A stretch of DNA of 64,000 nucleotides from Terriglobia bacterium (GTDB lineage: Bacteria > Acidobacteriota > Terriglobia > 20CM-2-55-15), in assembly GCA_963664115.2 (NCBI GenBank), contig CAXWPJ010000004.1:96001-160000 (forward strand), in the 5' to 3' direction. Numbering within the stretch: the stretch's first letter is position 1; the number at the start of each line of letters is the position of its first letter. The notes beneath the pieces are model-generated. The model made no database searches, had not been told where the DNA came from, and saw nothing but the letters and a program-made list of their open reading frames with translations. A program made the translations under genes and the position numbers. Positions 10,134 to 20,006 of the stretch are shown in pieces.

Positions 10134-10624
10134 GTTCCGCCCTATAGTACACGGTGCCCCGCATACCACACCATGGGGAGGGTCCTGTCAGTAAAACTGA
10201 AATCCGGCCATTCTGGCGCCGCATTCAGACAGTGCCACGAAGTGAACCGTCCACTCCTGCCCACCGCTGAAATCCATTCTCAAGGCCAAACAAATCATCG
10301 TTTCTCTGGACTTGAGAATTTAATAGCGCCCAATTCCCCTTCTTAGTATTGCCTACCGAGTTTTTCAAGGTTCGATCAGCGACACACTTTAAACATGGAA
10401 TCCGGCACCAACAGACACCTAGTGTGCTACCGACGGATGTTCACGCGATGCTTGCGGGAATGAGAATCACATGTGTAGACTCTCCATTGAATGACCCGGC
10501 CAGATTACACGCCCCGTCGGTTCACCCATCAATATGCGATGCGTGTGGATTGTTTTTATTGTTCGCTGGTAAAGCTGTTTTCGCGGCCTGTACCGCACCG
10601 ATGCGGTTATCTCGATTGAGGCTT

Positions 10625-11437
10625 ATGGGTGCAGTAGGTATAACTCAAAGGCGAGGATGGACCTCGGCCCTGGCGGTCGTTTTCTTAGTCGCGTTGCTTG
10701 TCTTTGCTCCAGAGAATCTGTCGGCACAAAGTAACGAGCAGTTCGACAAGTCTTTTCCGTATATCGGAAGCTGGGACAACGGGGCCGACAATCCCGACGG
10801 TCAGGATCGGGGCAATTGCGGGGGGCGACTTGGAGACTACGGCGAAAAGCTGATCAACTGCTCCTTGCCGGTGGACCAGCTTCCGTTGAACCGCCGGGGA
10901 GAGGCCTGGCTGGAGTTCGTGGACCACCAGGCGTCGCCCGCCCTGGCCGAATGCGCGGACGTGGCCATTCCGGGATTGTTGGGCAGCACCATGCACATCT
11001 CCGGATATCCGAACCGATTGGTGTTTCAACATTCCATTCGCCTGACCACCCGGACCATTTGGATGGATGGGCGTGGTCACCCGGAAGCCCGGCACCTTTT
11101 CCAGCATGGCCATTCAATCGGCTGGTGGGACGGCGAAGACCTGGTCGTCGAAACCACCAACTTCACCTTCGACCCCGACGGCATCGACGACCACCTCCAT
11201 ATGGCGTCTTCGGTCCGAAAGAAAGTCACCGAACGCTACCAGGGGATCGATGAAAACACGCTCAGGCTCATTATCATCCTGGAAGACCCCACTTTTCTGA
11301 CGCGACCGTTTAAGTATGCCTACATCTTGAACAAACGGGCGAACGGACCAGCGCCGGACTGGGACGCCTGTGATCCCGAGGTTTCCCGAAACGAAGTCAT
11401 TTTTGCCTATCCCGGAAACAAATATCCCGAGGACTGA
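10625..11437 (+). CDS. Conserved secreted hypothetical, DUF6152-partner family, Cys/His-rich subtype
   Basis: IWMDGR.HP, GHSIGWWDGEDLVVET.NF, ERY, EDP motifs; paralog of 27004-27867; start uncertain (10601 or 10625). Confidence 0.7.
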   Translation: MGAVGITQRRGWTSALAVVFLVALLVFAPENLSAQSNEQFDKSFPYIGSWDNGADNPDGQDRGNCGGRLGDYGEKLINCSLPVDQLPLNRRGEAWLEFVDHQASPALAECADVAIPGLLGSTMHISGYPNRLVFQHSIRLTTRTIWMDGRGHPEARHLFQHGHSIGWWDGEDLVVETTNFTFDPDGIDDHLHMASSVRKKVTERYQGIDENTLRLIIILEDPTFLTRPFKYAYILNKRANGPAPDWDACDPEVSRNEVIFAYPGNKYPED

Positions 11438-11787
11438 CCGACGATGACACGCTGTCTGGCGGGTAATTGTCAGGTGAAAGCCCCACACCCCACAATGGCG
11501 GGATGAAGACTCGAAGGAAGGGGTTTCCCTACCTTAGTTTTGCGAGGTCAACGCCCGACAATTCGCGATGCAGGACAGTGAAGAACGCCGATGCGGGCTT
11601 GTTCTCAGTTGGCGCGATGGGCGTTTGTCAGGAGTCGAGAGTTTATTTGCTTCTAAATCACTCCTCTAGTATCGTTTGTAAAATGTTTAACGGTTCAAAG
11701 CGACAACCCTCAGCCTTCTCGGCAACGGGAACTGAGAGCGTCGTTCGTCGGGGAAAATGTGGAAGAGGGGGAAAGGGAGAGATCAAC

Positions 11788-12180
11788 ATGAACATCAAGT
11801 TAACCATCCTTGCCACGTTGTTGAGTCTGTCGGTGGGTGTGATGGTGTCTCACGCACACCACGCGTTCGCTGCGATCTACGAAACTTCAAGAGAGGTTGC
11901 GTTTGAAGACGTAACGATTGTCAGCGTGGCCTGGACGAATCCGCACACGAGAATTGCGTTCGATGTCACCGACGAGAACGGCGAGATCACACGTTGGAAT
12001 ACGGAAACGGGGAGCCCATCGGCGCTGTCGCGTATGGGTTGGTTGAGAAACGCCGTGAAACCCGGCGATGTAATCGACGTTGAGGTGAATCCCGCGACGG
12101 ACGAGACGCCGCGCGGTCATCTGGCCAAAGTGACTTTAGCCAATGGTACGGTGTTTGATCGCACCGGCATCGGGAATTAG
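11788..12180 (+). CDS. DUF6152 family secreted protein (copy 2)
   Basis: SHA-HHAF, WTNPH, SP..L.RMGW, KPGD motifs; GGGAGA RBS. Confidence 0.82.
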   Translation: MNIKLTILATLLSLSVGVMVSHAHHAFAAIYETSREVAFEDVTIVSVAWTNPHTRIAFDVTDENGEITRWNTETGSPSALSRMGWLRNAVKPGDVIDVEVNPATDETPRGHLAKVTLANGTVFDRTGIGN

Positions 12181-12195
12181 GCGGAGGCATCCGAC

Positions 12196-12942
12196 ATGAT
12201 CAGGCGTTCGAATAGTGTGTGCTTCTTTGCAGTTCTGTTTCTCAGCCTGTCGCCCTACGGAGCTGCCCAGGAGCCCGCACCGGTCCGCGATCTGAACGGC
12301 GTGTGGAATGGCGGCGCGGTCATGCGCCTGGAGCCGGTCCCCGAAATGACCGAGTGGGGACAAGAGCGGTTCGACGCGGCCCGGCCGTTTCGCGGGCCGA
12401 GAGCGGTTGCGGTGTCCGATTCGAACGACGGCTTCCGCATGTGCGATCCGCTGGGATTTCCCCGCAGTATCTTTTACGAACTCCGCGGTGTGGAGTTTTT
12501 CGAGATGCCCAACAAAATGTTGATGCTGTTCCAGTACCAGCGTACATGGCGCGAGATCTGGACAGACGGACGCGAACTCCCAACGAACGTGGGGACCTAC
12601 GAAGACGGCGCTCCCGACCCGGCCTACTTAGGCTACGCCGTGGGCCGGTGGGTGGATGACTCCACCTTTGTCGTCAATTCCACGGGATTCCATGAAGCGC
12701 CCTGGAGTGATCCGGAAGGTCACCCGCGGAGCGTGAGCGCGCGGATAGAAGAACGCTATCGCCGCATCGACCACGATAGTCTGGAAATCACCGTGACAAT
12801 CGATGATCCTGTAGCCTATACGGAGCCGTTCGTGGGGATGAAACAGGTCATCAGTTGGGACCCGGACCAGGAGTTCGAAGAGCAATTCTGCATCCCTTCG
12901 GAAGCGATCGAGTACATGCGGACGTTCGCGCCGGAGCAGTAG
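12196..12942 (+). CDS. Conserved secreted hypothetical, DUF6152-partner family
   Basis: Signal peptide; RDL.GVW, CDPLGFPR, REIWTDGR, GY.VG.W, EERY.R, IDDP, EQFC. Confidence 0.75.
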   Translation: MIRRSNSVCFFAVLFLSLSPYGAAQEPAPVRDLNGVWNGGAVMRLEPVPEMTEWGQERFDAARPFRGPRAVAVSDSNDGFRMCDPLGFPRSIFYELRGVEFFEMPNKMLMLFQYQRTWREIWTDGRELPTNVGTYEDGAPDPAYLGYAVGRWVDDSTFVVNSTGFHEAPWSDPEGHPRSVSARIEERYRRIDHDSLEITVTIDDPVAYTEPFVGMKQVISWDPDQEFEEQFCIPSEAIEYMRTFAPEQ

Positions 12943-13090
12943 ACAGAGTGATTCACCTGCCGGGGCTCGGACCTCTGGCGTCGACATCGTTGACATCAAC
13001 GGTGGCGGCGGAATAGTATCGCTCTGTAAATATTATTTTGACCGCCCTGATGGTCATCAGTAAGTACCCTCAAAAGGTCGAGGAGGACAG

Positions 13091-13486
13091 ATGAAAACAA
13101 TCGGAGTAGCCCTGATGGTCGCGCTGCTCGCCCTGTCGGTGGGCGTGACGGCGTCATACGCGCACCACGCGTTCGGTGCAATATACGAAAGCTCAGCGGA
13201 GGTTGCGTTTGAAAATGTGACGATTGTCAGTGTGGCCTGGACGAATCCACACACTCGCATTGCATTCGACGTGACCGATGAGAACGGCACCGTGAGCCGT
13301 TGGAACTCGGAAACGGGGAGCCCGTCGGCTCTGTCGCGCATGGGCTGGTTGAGAAACGCCGTAAAGCCCGGCGATGTCATCGACGTTGCCCTTCAACCGG
13401 CGATGGACGGGACCAAACGCGGTCACCTGTTCCGCGTTGTCTTGCCGGATGGCACGGAATTCAATCGCCGCGGCGCCGCGAGATAA
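13091..13486 (+). CDS. DUF6152 family secreted protein (copy 3; tandem duplicate of copy 2)
   Basis: Near-identical core to 11788-12180; AGGAGG RBS. Confidence 0.82.
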   Translation: MKTIGVALMVALLALSVGVTASYAHHAFGAIYESSAEVAFENVTIVSVAWTNPHTRIAFDVTDENGTVSRWNSETGSPSALSRMGWLRNAVKPGDVIDVALQPAMDGTKRGHLFRVVLPDGTEFNRRGAAR

Positions 13487-13501
13487 GCTGGAGAACCCGA
13501 C

Positions 13502-14245
13502 ATGATCATGCGTTCCAGCACTGTGTATTTCTTTGTAATTCTGTTTCTCAGCCTGTCGCCTTACCTGACGGCCCAGGAACCGGCGCCGGTCCGCGACTTG
13601 ACCGGAGTCTGGGAGGGCCGGGTGAATTTCGACGCTCAGTTCGCTGAAATGACCGGGTTTGGACAGGAACAGTTCGATGCGCACCTGCCTTTCAGCGGGC
13701 CGCGCGCCGGCTCGGTCGCTGAATCGAATGACGGCTATCGCGTGTGCGATCCCCTGGGATTTCCGCGTAACGTCGTCTATGAGCTCCGTGGGACTGCGTT
13801 TGCCGAGATGCCGGACAGGATGGTGATGCTGATGCAGTACATGCGGCATTGGCGCGAGATCTGGACCGACGGACGGGAACTCCCAACGAACGTGGGAACC
13901 TACGAAGATGGCGCTCCCGATCCACGCTATAACGGCTACTCGGTGGGGCGGTGGGAGGACGACTACACCTTCGTCGTCAACTCCACGGGTTTCCACGAAG
14001 ACATCTGGGCCGACGAGCAAGGTCACCCGATCAGCACGAACGCGCAGATAGAGGAACGTTATCACCGGGTCGACCACGATAGTTTGGAAGTCACGATGAC
14101 CATTAACGATCCCATGAACTACACGGAACCGTTCGTGACAATCACGGAAACCTTGAACTGGGACGAGGACCAGGAATTTGAAGAGCAGCTCTGCATCCCC
14201 TCTCAAGCGCTAGAGTACATCCGGACGTTCGCGCCGGAGCGATAG
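13502..14245 (+). CDS. Conserved secreted hypothetical, DUF6152-partner family (tandem duplicate)
   Basis: Close paralog of 12196-12942. Confidence 0.75.
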   Translation: MIMRSSTVYFFVILFLSLSPYLTAQEPAPVRDLTGVWEGRVNFDAQFAEMTGFGQEQFDAHLPFSGPRAGSVAESNDGYRVCDPLGFPRNVVYELRGTAFAEMPDRMVMLMQYMRHWREIWTDGRELPTNVGTYEDGAPDPRYNGYSVGRWEDDYTFVVNSTGFHEDIWADEQGHPISTNAQIEERYHRVDHDSLEVTMTINDPMNYTEPFVTITETLNWDEDQEFEEQLCIPSQALEYIRTFAPER

Positions 14246-14307
14246 GGCCAGTAATTCGTCGCCGCTTGAGCGGTTGGCATCAATCGGTAGTGCCCTGATT
14301 CCACCTA

Positions 14308-14336
14308 CAAAGGAGCGGTTCTGACCGCTCCTTTTG
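14308..14336 (+). terminator. Probable intrinsic terminator
   Basis: AAAGGAGCGGT-TCTG-ACCGCTCCTTTT hairpin with U-tract after the duplicated module. Confidence 0.65.
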
Positions 14337-14541
14337 CTGTAAGGGGCCGCATCCGACGGCCCGTTTTCATAGAAGGCGCTTGTCAAACCCCCACTGTGGT
14401 GGTCATCGGAAGCCCCAGCTTCTCTATGGGCGTGTGATTCACCCATATCCTTTCAACGCGAAGAATCAATCCTGGTGCTCGGGTCCCGAAGTCGTTCCCT
14501 GGAAGGAACAACGAAGGGCGTCTACTTTCGCTTGAAGCGCT

Positions 14542-14575
14542 GTCTTATCGATCAACTCGTCTTACCGATCAACTC
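14542..14575. repeat. 17-bp tandem direct repeat (2 copies)
   Basis: GTCTTATCGATCAACTC / GTCTTACCGATCAACTC, 16/17 identical. Confidence 0.7.
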
Positions 14576-14804
14576 AAGGTTGCGGTGGGCAGGAGAAAGC
14601 CCGTCCAGGGAGCCGTGAGGGCATTCGCCGATTCGACCGCCCAGAGAATACGATTGATCGTCCGAGCATCCGACTTTATACTCGACCGGCAACTTTTTGG
14701 CTTATTAATCTAAGGATAAACGGAGGCAATCGAGCCCGTTTAAGGGCGTGGCCAGTCGTGGTCGGATTCGGGCGCCTCGCGTACCGTAAGGGGGTAAATA
14801 CATC

Positions 14805-15938
14805 ATGAAATTCGGAGACAGACCAATTGTACTTGGCGCGGTGGTAATGGTGATCGCATGCATGGTGCCACTTGCGTCTGCAGTCGAACCCACGCAACCG
14901 CCGCAGCAGACCCCCCCGATGGCGGACGATGTATTCAATAATATCCAGGTTCTCACAGGGCTCACTGTGGACGAGTTTTGGAACACGATGGGGATGTTCG
15001 CAGCTTCGCTCACCAAGGACTGCGTCGATTGCCACGTCATCGGGGCCCTCGAGAATTGGGACGCCTTCGCCGAGGAAACAGACCAGATACGTATCGCCCG
15101 GGGCATGATTCGGATGGTGAACGATATCAACAACACTCAGTTCGGGGGCGCGCAAAGAGTAACGTGCTTCACGTGTCATCGCGCTACCTCGATTCCGGAG
15201 GCCGCGCCTGATCTTGCTCTGCAGTACGGTCTTGTCGAGAATCCGAATTCGATGACCTTGTACCCGACTCCTCTTGCACCGTCAGTCGAGGAAGTTTTTG
15301 ATACCTATATTGAGGCCATTGGCGGGGCCGAAGCCGTGGAAAGTATCGAGAACGTCGTTATCCGGGGGACGTATGCGGGTTTCGAAACCGGCCATATCGA
15401 CACTCCTTTTGAACTCTATGCTCAAGCTCCGGACAGACGCACGCGTATTTTCCACAAGGCCTCGGGAGACCACTACCGCGTTTATGACGGGGAAAACGGG
15501 TGGAATTCCAACCCTGATATGCCGGTTCCCTTGATCCCCAACTCTGGCGGCAATCTTTACGGCGACCGCATCGGCGCGCTGTTGTCCTTTCCGGCTCGAA
15601 TCCGGGAAAACTTCAGCCGGTGGGTGGTCAGCTTCGTTTTCGTCGGCGATGAGACCTTCACGGTCGCCCAGGGCGTCCAAGGCGCTGAGCTTCCGGTCAA
15701 CTTCTATTTCGACGAGTCCGGGCTGTTGACTAAGGTTGTGTACTGGACGGAGACCGCCGTGGGCCCGGTGACAAGCATGATCGAATACACCGATTACCGC
15801 GAGGTCGACGGGGTCATGGTGCCGTTCTTCTGGTCGGAGTCATGGACGACGGGAATGATCGAATCTACACTGACCGAGGTGGAATTTAACGTCCCGATCG
15901 ATTCCGCGAGATTCAGCCAACCGCCTCCTGCCTACTAA
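14805..15938 (+). CDS. Di-heme c-type cytochrome (reaction-centre cytochrome c/PufC-like N-domain) with beta-rich C-terminal domain
   Basis: Signal peptide; F.NIQVL.G, CVDCH, AR.MI.MV..IN, VTCFTCHR; C-terminal Y.DYREVDGV.VPF. Confidence 0.75.
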   Translation: MKFGDRPIVLGAVVMVIACMVPLASAVEPTQPPQQTPPMADDVFNNIQVLTGLTVDEFWNTMGMFAASLTKDCVDCHVIGALENWDAFAEETDQIRIARGMIRMVNDINNTQFGGAQRVTCFTCHRATSIPEAAPDLALQYGLVENPNSMTLYPTPLAPSVEEVFDTYIEAIGGAEAVESIENVVIRGTYAGFETGHIDTPFELYAQAPDRRTRIFHKASGDHYRVYDGENGWNSNPDMPVPLIPNSGGNLYGDRIGALLSFPARIRENFSRWVVSFVFVGDETFTVAQGVQGAELPVNFYFDESGLLTKVVYWTETAVGPVTSMIEYTDYREVDGVMVPFFWSESWTTGMIESTLTEVEFNVPIDSARFSQPPPAY

Positions 15939-16098
15939 TGCCCCGGCAGCGTGTGGCTAAAGGCGGATCATAGCTTCAAATGGTGCCGATGCGTCGTCGG
16001 TATCGCGAAGATGAGTGGAGTTCGAGACAAGCAAACTTAAATCCCAGCCTCCGAATCAACACCGTCCTGAACCGGCGTGAAGCCTTGAGACACAGGAC

Positions 16099-17214
16099 TT
16101 ACTTGGCTCGACCCCTATAACCCTGGGTTGTCATCGCTATCGAATAGACCTGCGCCGCGTTACGGACTTCATTACCGTCGGCATCAATTGCGCCACGCGC
16201 GAGAACGAAAAGAGTTCTCTTGTCGTTTCCACCGAAGGCCACACTGATGACTCCACGCGGCGTCGGAATAATCCCCAGATACTCCCCGTCGGGGCTGATC
16301 ACCTGAACGCCCGGATTGGACGTGACGTAGATGCGCCCTGCAAAGTCAATAGCGAGGCCGTCGCCGTTGCCGCCGCCGTCGAGTGTGGCGAACTCGCGTT
16401 GGTTGGTGAGCGAGCCGTCAGGCCGAACATCGAAAGCGGCAAGCGTCTGACGGTTTGTCACGTAAAGGATCTGTTCATTCGCGCTGAGAACGATCCCGTT
16501 CGGTCTGATCTCCTCGCCGTACTTCGTGACCACACCGTTCGGGTCGGCATGATAGACCCCGCCCTGGGTGAAGTAGGCACCACCCTTGCTGTTGGCGGTT
16601 ACATCGTTGGGATTCCCGCCGACGCAATCGAGCACATCGCCCTGATAACGATCCGCGAGAACTCTGCGAACCGGTGCCACCTGAAAGATTGCGCTTCTGA
16701 GAGCTCTTTGCACGATAAAAACGTCACCGTTCGAGTTGATCGACAGCGAGCCCCCGGTACGCGTGTCTCCGTAGACAACCGCAGTATTCCCGTCTTGATC
16801 GAGTCTCAGGACTTCACTGTTGTCGTTTTGCGCGATCAGCAGGCCCCCATCGTCGGTGCCTACGATGCCGTCGCCATTGTTGCCCGCCTCCTGCCAGAGG
16901 AACTTCCATTGTTGCCCGGCGGCAATGACTCCCGGAATTTCCGTCACCGTGTAAGCTCTGGGCCCCTGAGGCCGGGCGGGAACACGCGCGGGAGGAGCAG
17001 GTGGAGCGGCCCCACCGCGGCCACCACCGCGGGGCGGAGGCGGGATCGTGCAACTCGCAATCAGAGCGGGCAGCTCCGGGTGGTCCGGAGACGATATTGA
17101 CGGCGGGCGCGGATTTGCCGGAGCCGGTGGTAAATTCGGTGCCTGGTCCTGACCCAATAGGACCATCGAAACAAGAAGGCACACAGCAATGGTCAGTATC
17201 CACTTCGATGTCAT
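16099..17214 (-). CDS. SMP-30/gluconolactonase/LRE family protein, secreted
   Basis: PND, PNGI.LS..E..LYV, GDGLA.D..GR.YV motifs. Confidence 0.88.
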   Translation of the reverse strand: MTSKWILTIAVCLLVSMVLLGQDQAPNLPPAPANPRPPSISSPDHPELPALIASCTIPPPPRGGGRGGAAPPAPPARVPARPQGPRAYTVTEIPGVIAAGQQWKFLWQEAGNNGDGIVGTDDGGLLIAQNDNSEVLRLDQDGNTAVVYGDTRTGGSLSINSNGDVFIVQRALRSAIFQVAPVRRVLADRYQGDVLDCVGGNPNDVTANSKGGAYFTQGGVYHADPNGVVTKYGEEIRPNGIVLSANEQILYVTNRQTLAAFDVRPDGSLTNQREFATLDGGGNGDGLAIDFAGRIYVTSNPGVQVISPDGEYLGIIPTPRGVISVAFGGNDKRTLFVLARGAIDADGNEVRNAAQVYSIAMTTQGYRGRAK

Positions 17215-17529
17215 AGTTCCCCCAGCGGGCGGCGGCATATTCGCGACCTGTTAAATGAGTGCGGTCACCCTGCTTACCTAGGTTTTTGATGGCATGTAAG
17301 GATACGTTCGACGAAATAGGGCGTGCAACCGCAAAAGTGGACCGGCCATTTGACTGTTACGCTCGTTGCGGGACGGAATGGATTCCGGGACCGTGTCGCG
17401 CCGAGCCTTCCTCGAAACAGCCGTGGCGGACGGAACCTATCTCCCACTTCTTGATGACTTTTGAGCCCGACTATGGCAAGTTCACCGGATCGAAACTCGC
17501 GCGGAAGTTCGAAATAGGAGCTTGGGCAA

Positions 17530-18054
17530 GTGACCAAAAGCGTCGATATCGACGAGAGTCCTGTAATCGGGACAGCCGGGCGGGAGTCGACGGCGGTTGC
17601 GGACCCCGATGCGCTGCCAACGACCCGGCTGCTGCATCCTTTTCTCCTGCTGAGCCGCCTGACTCTGGGTGGATATATCTTGTCGGCGGGATGGGAGAAG
17701 GTGGTAGCCGAATTCGGCAGCGGGCCGGGAACGTTTATCACGATTGATGGTTTCCAGAACCGTGCCGCTATCTTGCCTCCATGGTTCGCAGCGCCCTTCG
17801 GCTATGCCTGGCCCTGGCTGGAAGTGACCTTCGGCATCCTCCTCATGATTGGGCTATTCGGACGCGTGCCGGCTACCGTTAACGCCACGATGCTGGGCAT
17901 GATCAGTTTCCTGCTGTTGTTTACCGGAGAGCTTTTCCCGCGCCATCACGCCAGTGTGTTCTTTGCGTCGGCTTTACTGCTGGTCGTGCTCGGGCCCGGC
18001 CGCTACAGTGTCGATGCGTTGATTCGCCGTAGACGACAGTTCAAACCGCGGTAG
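17530..18054 (+). CDS. DoxX family membrane protein
   Basis: R..LG......GW.K, PW.E...G.LL.IGL, GPG.YS.D. Confidence 0.8.
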   Translation: MTKSVDIDESPVIGTAGRESTAVADPDALPTTRLLHPFLLLSRLTLGGYILSAGWEKVVAEFGSGPGTFITIDGFQNRAAILPPWFAAPFGYAWPWLEVTFGILLMIGLFGRVPATVNATMLGMISFLLLFTGELFPRHHASVFFASALLLVVLGPGRYSVDALIRRRRQFKPR

Positions 18055-18160
18055 CTGCCACATTCCGTGGCGGGTGCCCGCGCCGTAGTATGCCGTTCTA
18101 CCTTGAAACCCGTTCCCAAGTCCCGCTCGCCCCGGCGGGTCGCCGACTTCTCCGCACCTC

Positions 18161-19072
18161 TTAGCGGAGAGTGCGATAAATGTTCCGCATGAGAGTCCGC
18201 TGAGAAAAGGGCAGATAAGCCAAGCCGGCCACGGCCGCCAGCGACAGACCAAAGCCTATACGCAGCGCCGCCAGCAGGGGGGACGCGGCCCAGAGGCCAT
18301 CGAGGAAAAGTAAGACTGGAAAGAGCCGCCGAAATTGCAGGCCCGCCCCCGGATGTGACAGACCCACCGACGACACCAGGTACAAACGCACTGCGATGCC
18401 GCACATCGCAGTGACCATGATCAGCGACAGAATCGGGTCCGGCACCCTCACTCCGAAAGTACTGAAGACTTCGCCCAAGCGACCGATGTAGTACAGCGTC
18501 GAACAGTACAAGGCCAGGTAGCCGGCCTGGATCACAATGAACAGAACACGCGCGACGCCGGTAGACAGCAAGGCTCCTTCGGCTTCAACGAAGTCCATGG
18601 GCGCAGGAGGCCTGACAGTATTGTTGCTGGCTCCGTTGCTGGCAGCACTATTGCTGCCGGCTCTGGGCGAGCCCTCCTCAAGCTCGCTGATGTCTGGCTG
18701 AGCCGAATGACGGGCATCCGCCACGACGTCGATGGAAACAGGCTCGACCGATCCGATAAAGCGATAGCCTTTGCGGGGTAACGTTTCGACCAGGCGTGGA
18801 TGTTCGACATCATCGTCCAGAACCGCGCGGATCTTCTTGACCGCGGTGTTGATGGCATGATCGAACTCTACAAACTCGTCCTCTCCCCAAAGCGCTTCTT
18901 GAATTTCCGCCCGCGTGACCAGTTTGCCCGCGCGTTCGGCCAGAAGGACGAGCAGCCGTGCTGGCTGATCCTGTAAGCGCAGACGCTGTCCTTTTTTGCT
19001 GAGTTCACCTGTTTCAAGATCAAGTTCGAAAGAATCGAAGCGGAGATGTCTTGGCTGTTTATTCTGATCCAT
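18161..19072 (-). CDS. Membrane-anchored winged-helix (OmpR/CadC-type Trans_reg_C) transcriptional regulator
   Basis: F..FELD...GEL...G..L.LQ.QP, VTR.E....LW, IN.AV.KIR..L.D, ETLPRKGYRF; four hydrophobic C-terminal helices. Confidence 0.85.
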   Translation of the reverse strand: MDQNKQPRHLRFDSFELDLETGELSKKGQRLRLQDQPARLLVLLAERAGKLVTRAEIQEALWGEDEFVEFDHAINTAVKKIRAVLDDDVEHPRLVETLPRKGYRFIGSVEPVSIDVVADARHSAQPDISELEEGSPRAGSNSAASNGASNNTVRPPAPMDFVEAEGALLSTGVARVLFIVIQAGYLALYCSTLYYIGRLGEVFSTFGVRVPDPILSLIMVTAMCGIAVRLYLVSSVGLSHPGAGLQFRRLFPVLLFLDGLWAASPLLAALRIGFGLSLAAVAGLAYLPFSQRTLMRNIYRTLR

Positions 19073-19151
19073 TCCGGTTCTTGCATGAAAGAGGTCGAAG
19101 AAGCGCCCTCTTTATAGCACACCGTTCTTCAGGCGACAGCAACCACTATTA

Positions 19152-19185
19152 AATCAATTAGTTAGCTGTACATAAACGCTTCATA
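19152..19185. promoter_or_regulatory. IHF-consensus site plus CATA-N7-CATA direct repeat in the divergent promoter
   Basis: AATCAATTAGTTA (19152-19164) fits WATCAANNNNTTR; CATA at 19171 and 19182 (11-bp period). Confidence 0.4.
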
Positions 19186-19328
19186 GGGGATCCACACACG
19201 GTCCACCAAGGATCGATCTCGGGTGCATTGAAGCTTCGGCTCCCCTGCCCCAGGATGGTCGCTGATTCGAGGCCGCCGAAGGGGCGGATTCCGAATCTGG
19301 AAGCGATTTAGCCCGAGGAGGTATTTTC

Positions 19329-20006
19329 ATGAGTCGTTCGAATTCAGCGTCGAGCCAGATGGAGCGCCAGCACGGAAGTCTGCTGGCGGACGTAGAAAAA
19401 CAATGCCTGGTGTGGCTGGCCAAACGCATGCCGCGGTGGGTTGGGCCGGACCACCTCACACTGCTCGCTTTGGCGTCGATGTTCATGGCCGGGTTGTCAT
19501 ACGCGGCAGCCCAATGGTGGTCACCAGCTCTCCTGGTGGTGAACGCCTGGCTCGTCGTGAACTGGTTCGGAGATAGCCTGGATGGGACACTCGCCCGGGT
19601 TCGAAGCCAGGAGCGGCCGCGCTACGGCTTCTATGTCGATCACATGGCCGACTCTTTCGGTGTCCTCTTCTTACTCGGAGGCCTGGCACTGTCGGGCTAT
19701 ATGACTCCAGCGCTTGCCGCAGCCCTTCTCATCATCCATCTGCTGCTCTCGATCAACCTGTACCTGGCGGCGTATTCCCTGGGCGTCTTTCAGCTTTCGT
19801 TCTGGATATTCGGCCCCACGGAACTGAGGATATTGCTCGGCGTGGGGAACGTCGTCGCCTGGGGTCGACCCACGGTGAGCGTCCTTGGTTTTGAACAACG
19901 CTTCTTTGATGCAGCGGGACTGGTTGCGGGTGCCGTTATGGCATTGGTACTGCTTGGCTCGGTCGCGCGCAACACCGTGGTGTTGTACCGAAGAGAGAGG
20001 GTGTGA
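19329..20006 (+). CDS. CDP-alcohol phosphatidyltransferase family protein
   Basis: DSLDGTLAR...RYGFYVDHMAD fits the DxxDGxxAR...GxxxDxxxD signature; GPTELR. Confidence 0.9.
   Translation: MSRSNSASSQMERQHGSLLADVEKQCLVWLAKRMPRWVGPDHLTLLALASMFMAGLSYAAAQWWSPALLVVNAWLVVNWFGDSLDGTLARVRSQERPRYGFYVDHMADSFGVLFLLGGLALSGYMTPALAAALLIIHLLLSINLYLAAYSLGVFQLSFWIFGPTELRILLGVGNVVAWGRPTVSVLGFEQRFFDAAGLVAGAVMALVLLGSVARNTVVLYRRERV

Noticed and set aside
10349-10624. N-terminal extensions given by the ORF track (also at 6539, 7062, 11467, 33721 and 51309)
   Set aside because: Downstream starts fit better with RBS positions, signal peptides or domain boundaries
14805-15938. Evidence for phototrophy from the PufC-like domain
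   Set aside because: Only two heme motifs and no pufLM or bch genes in the window
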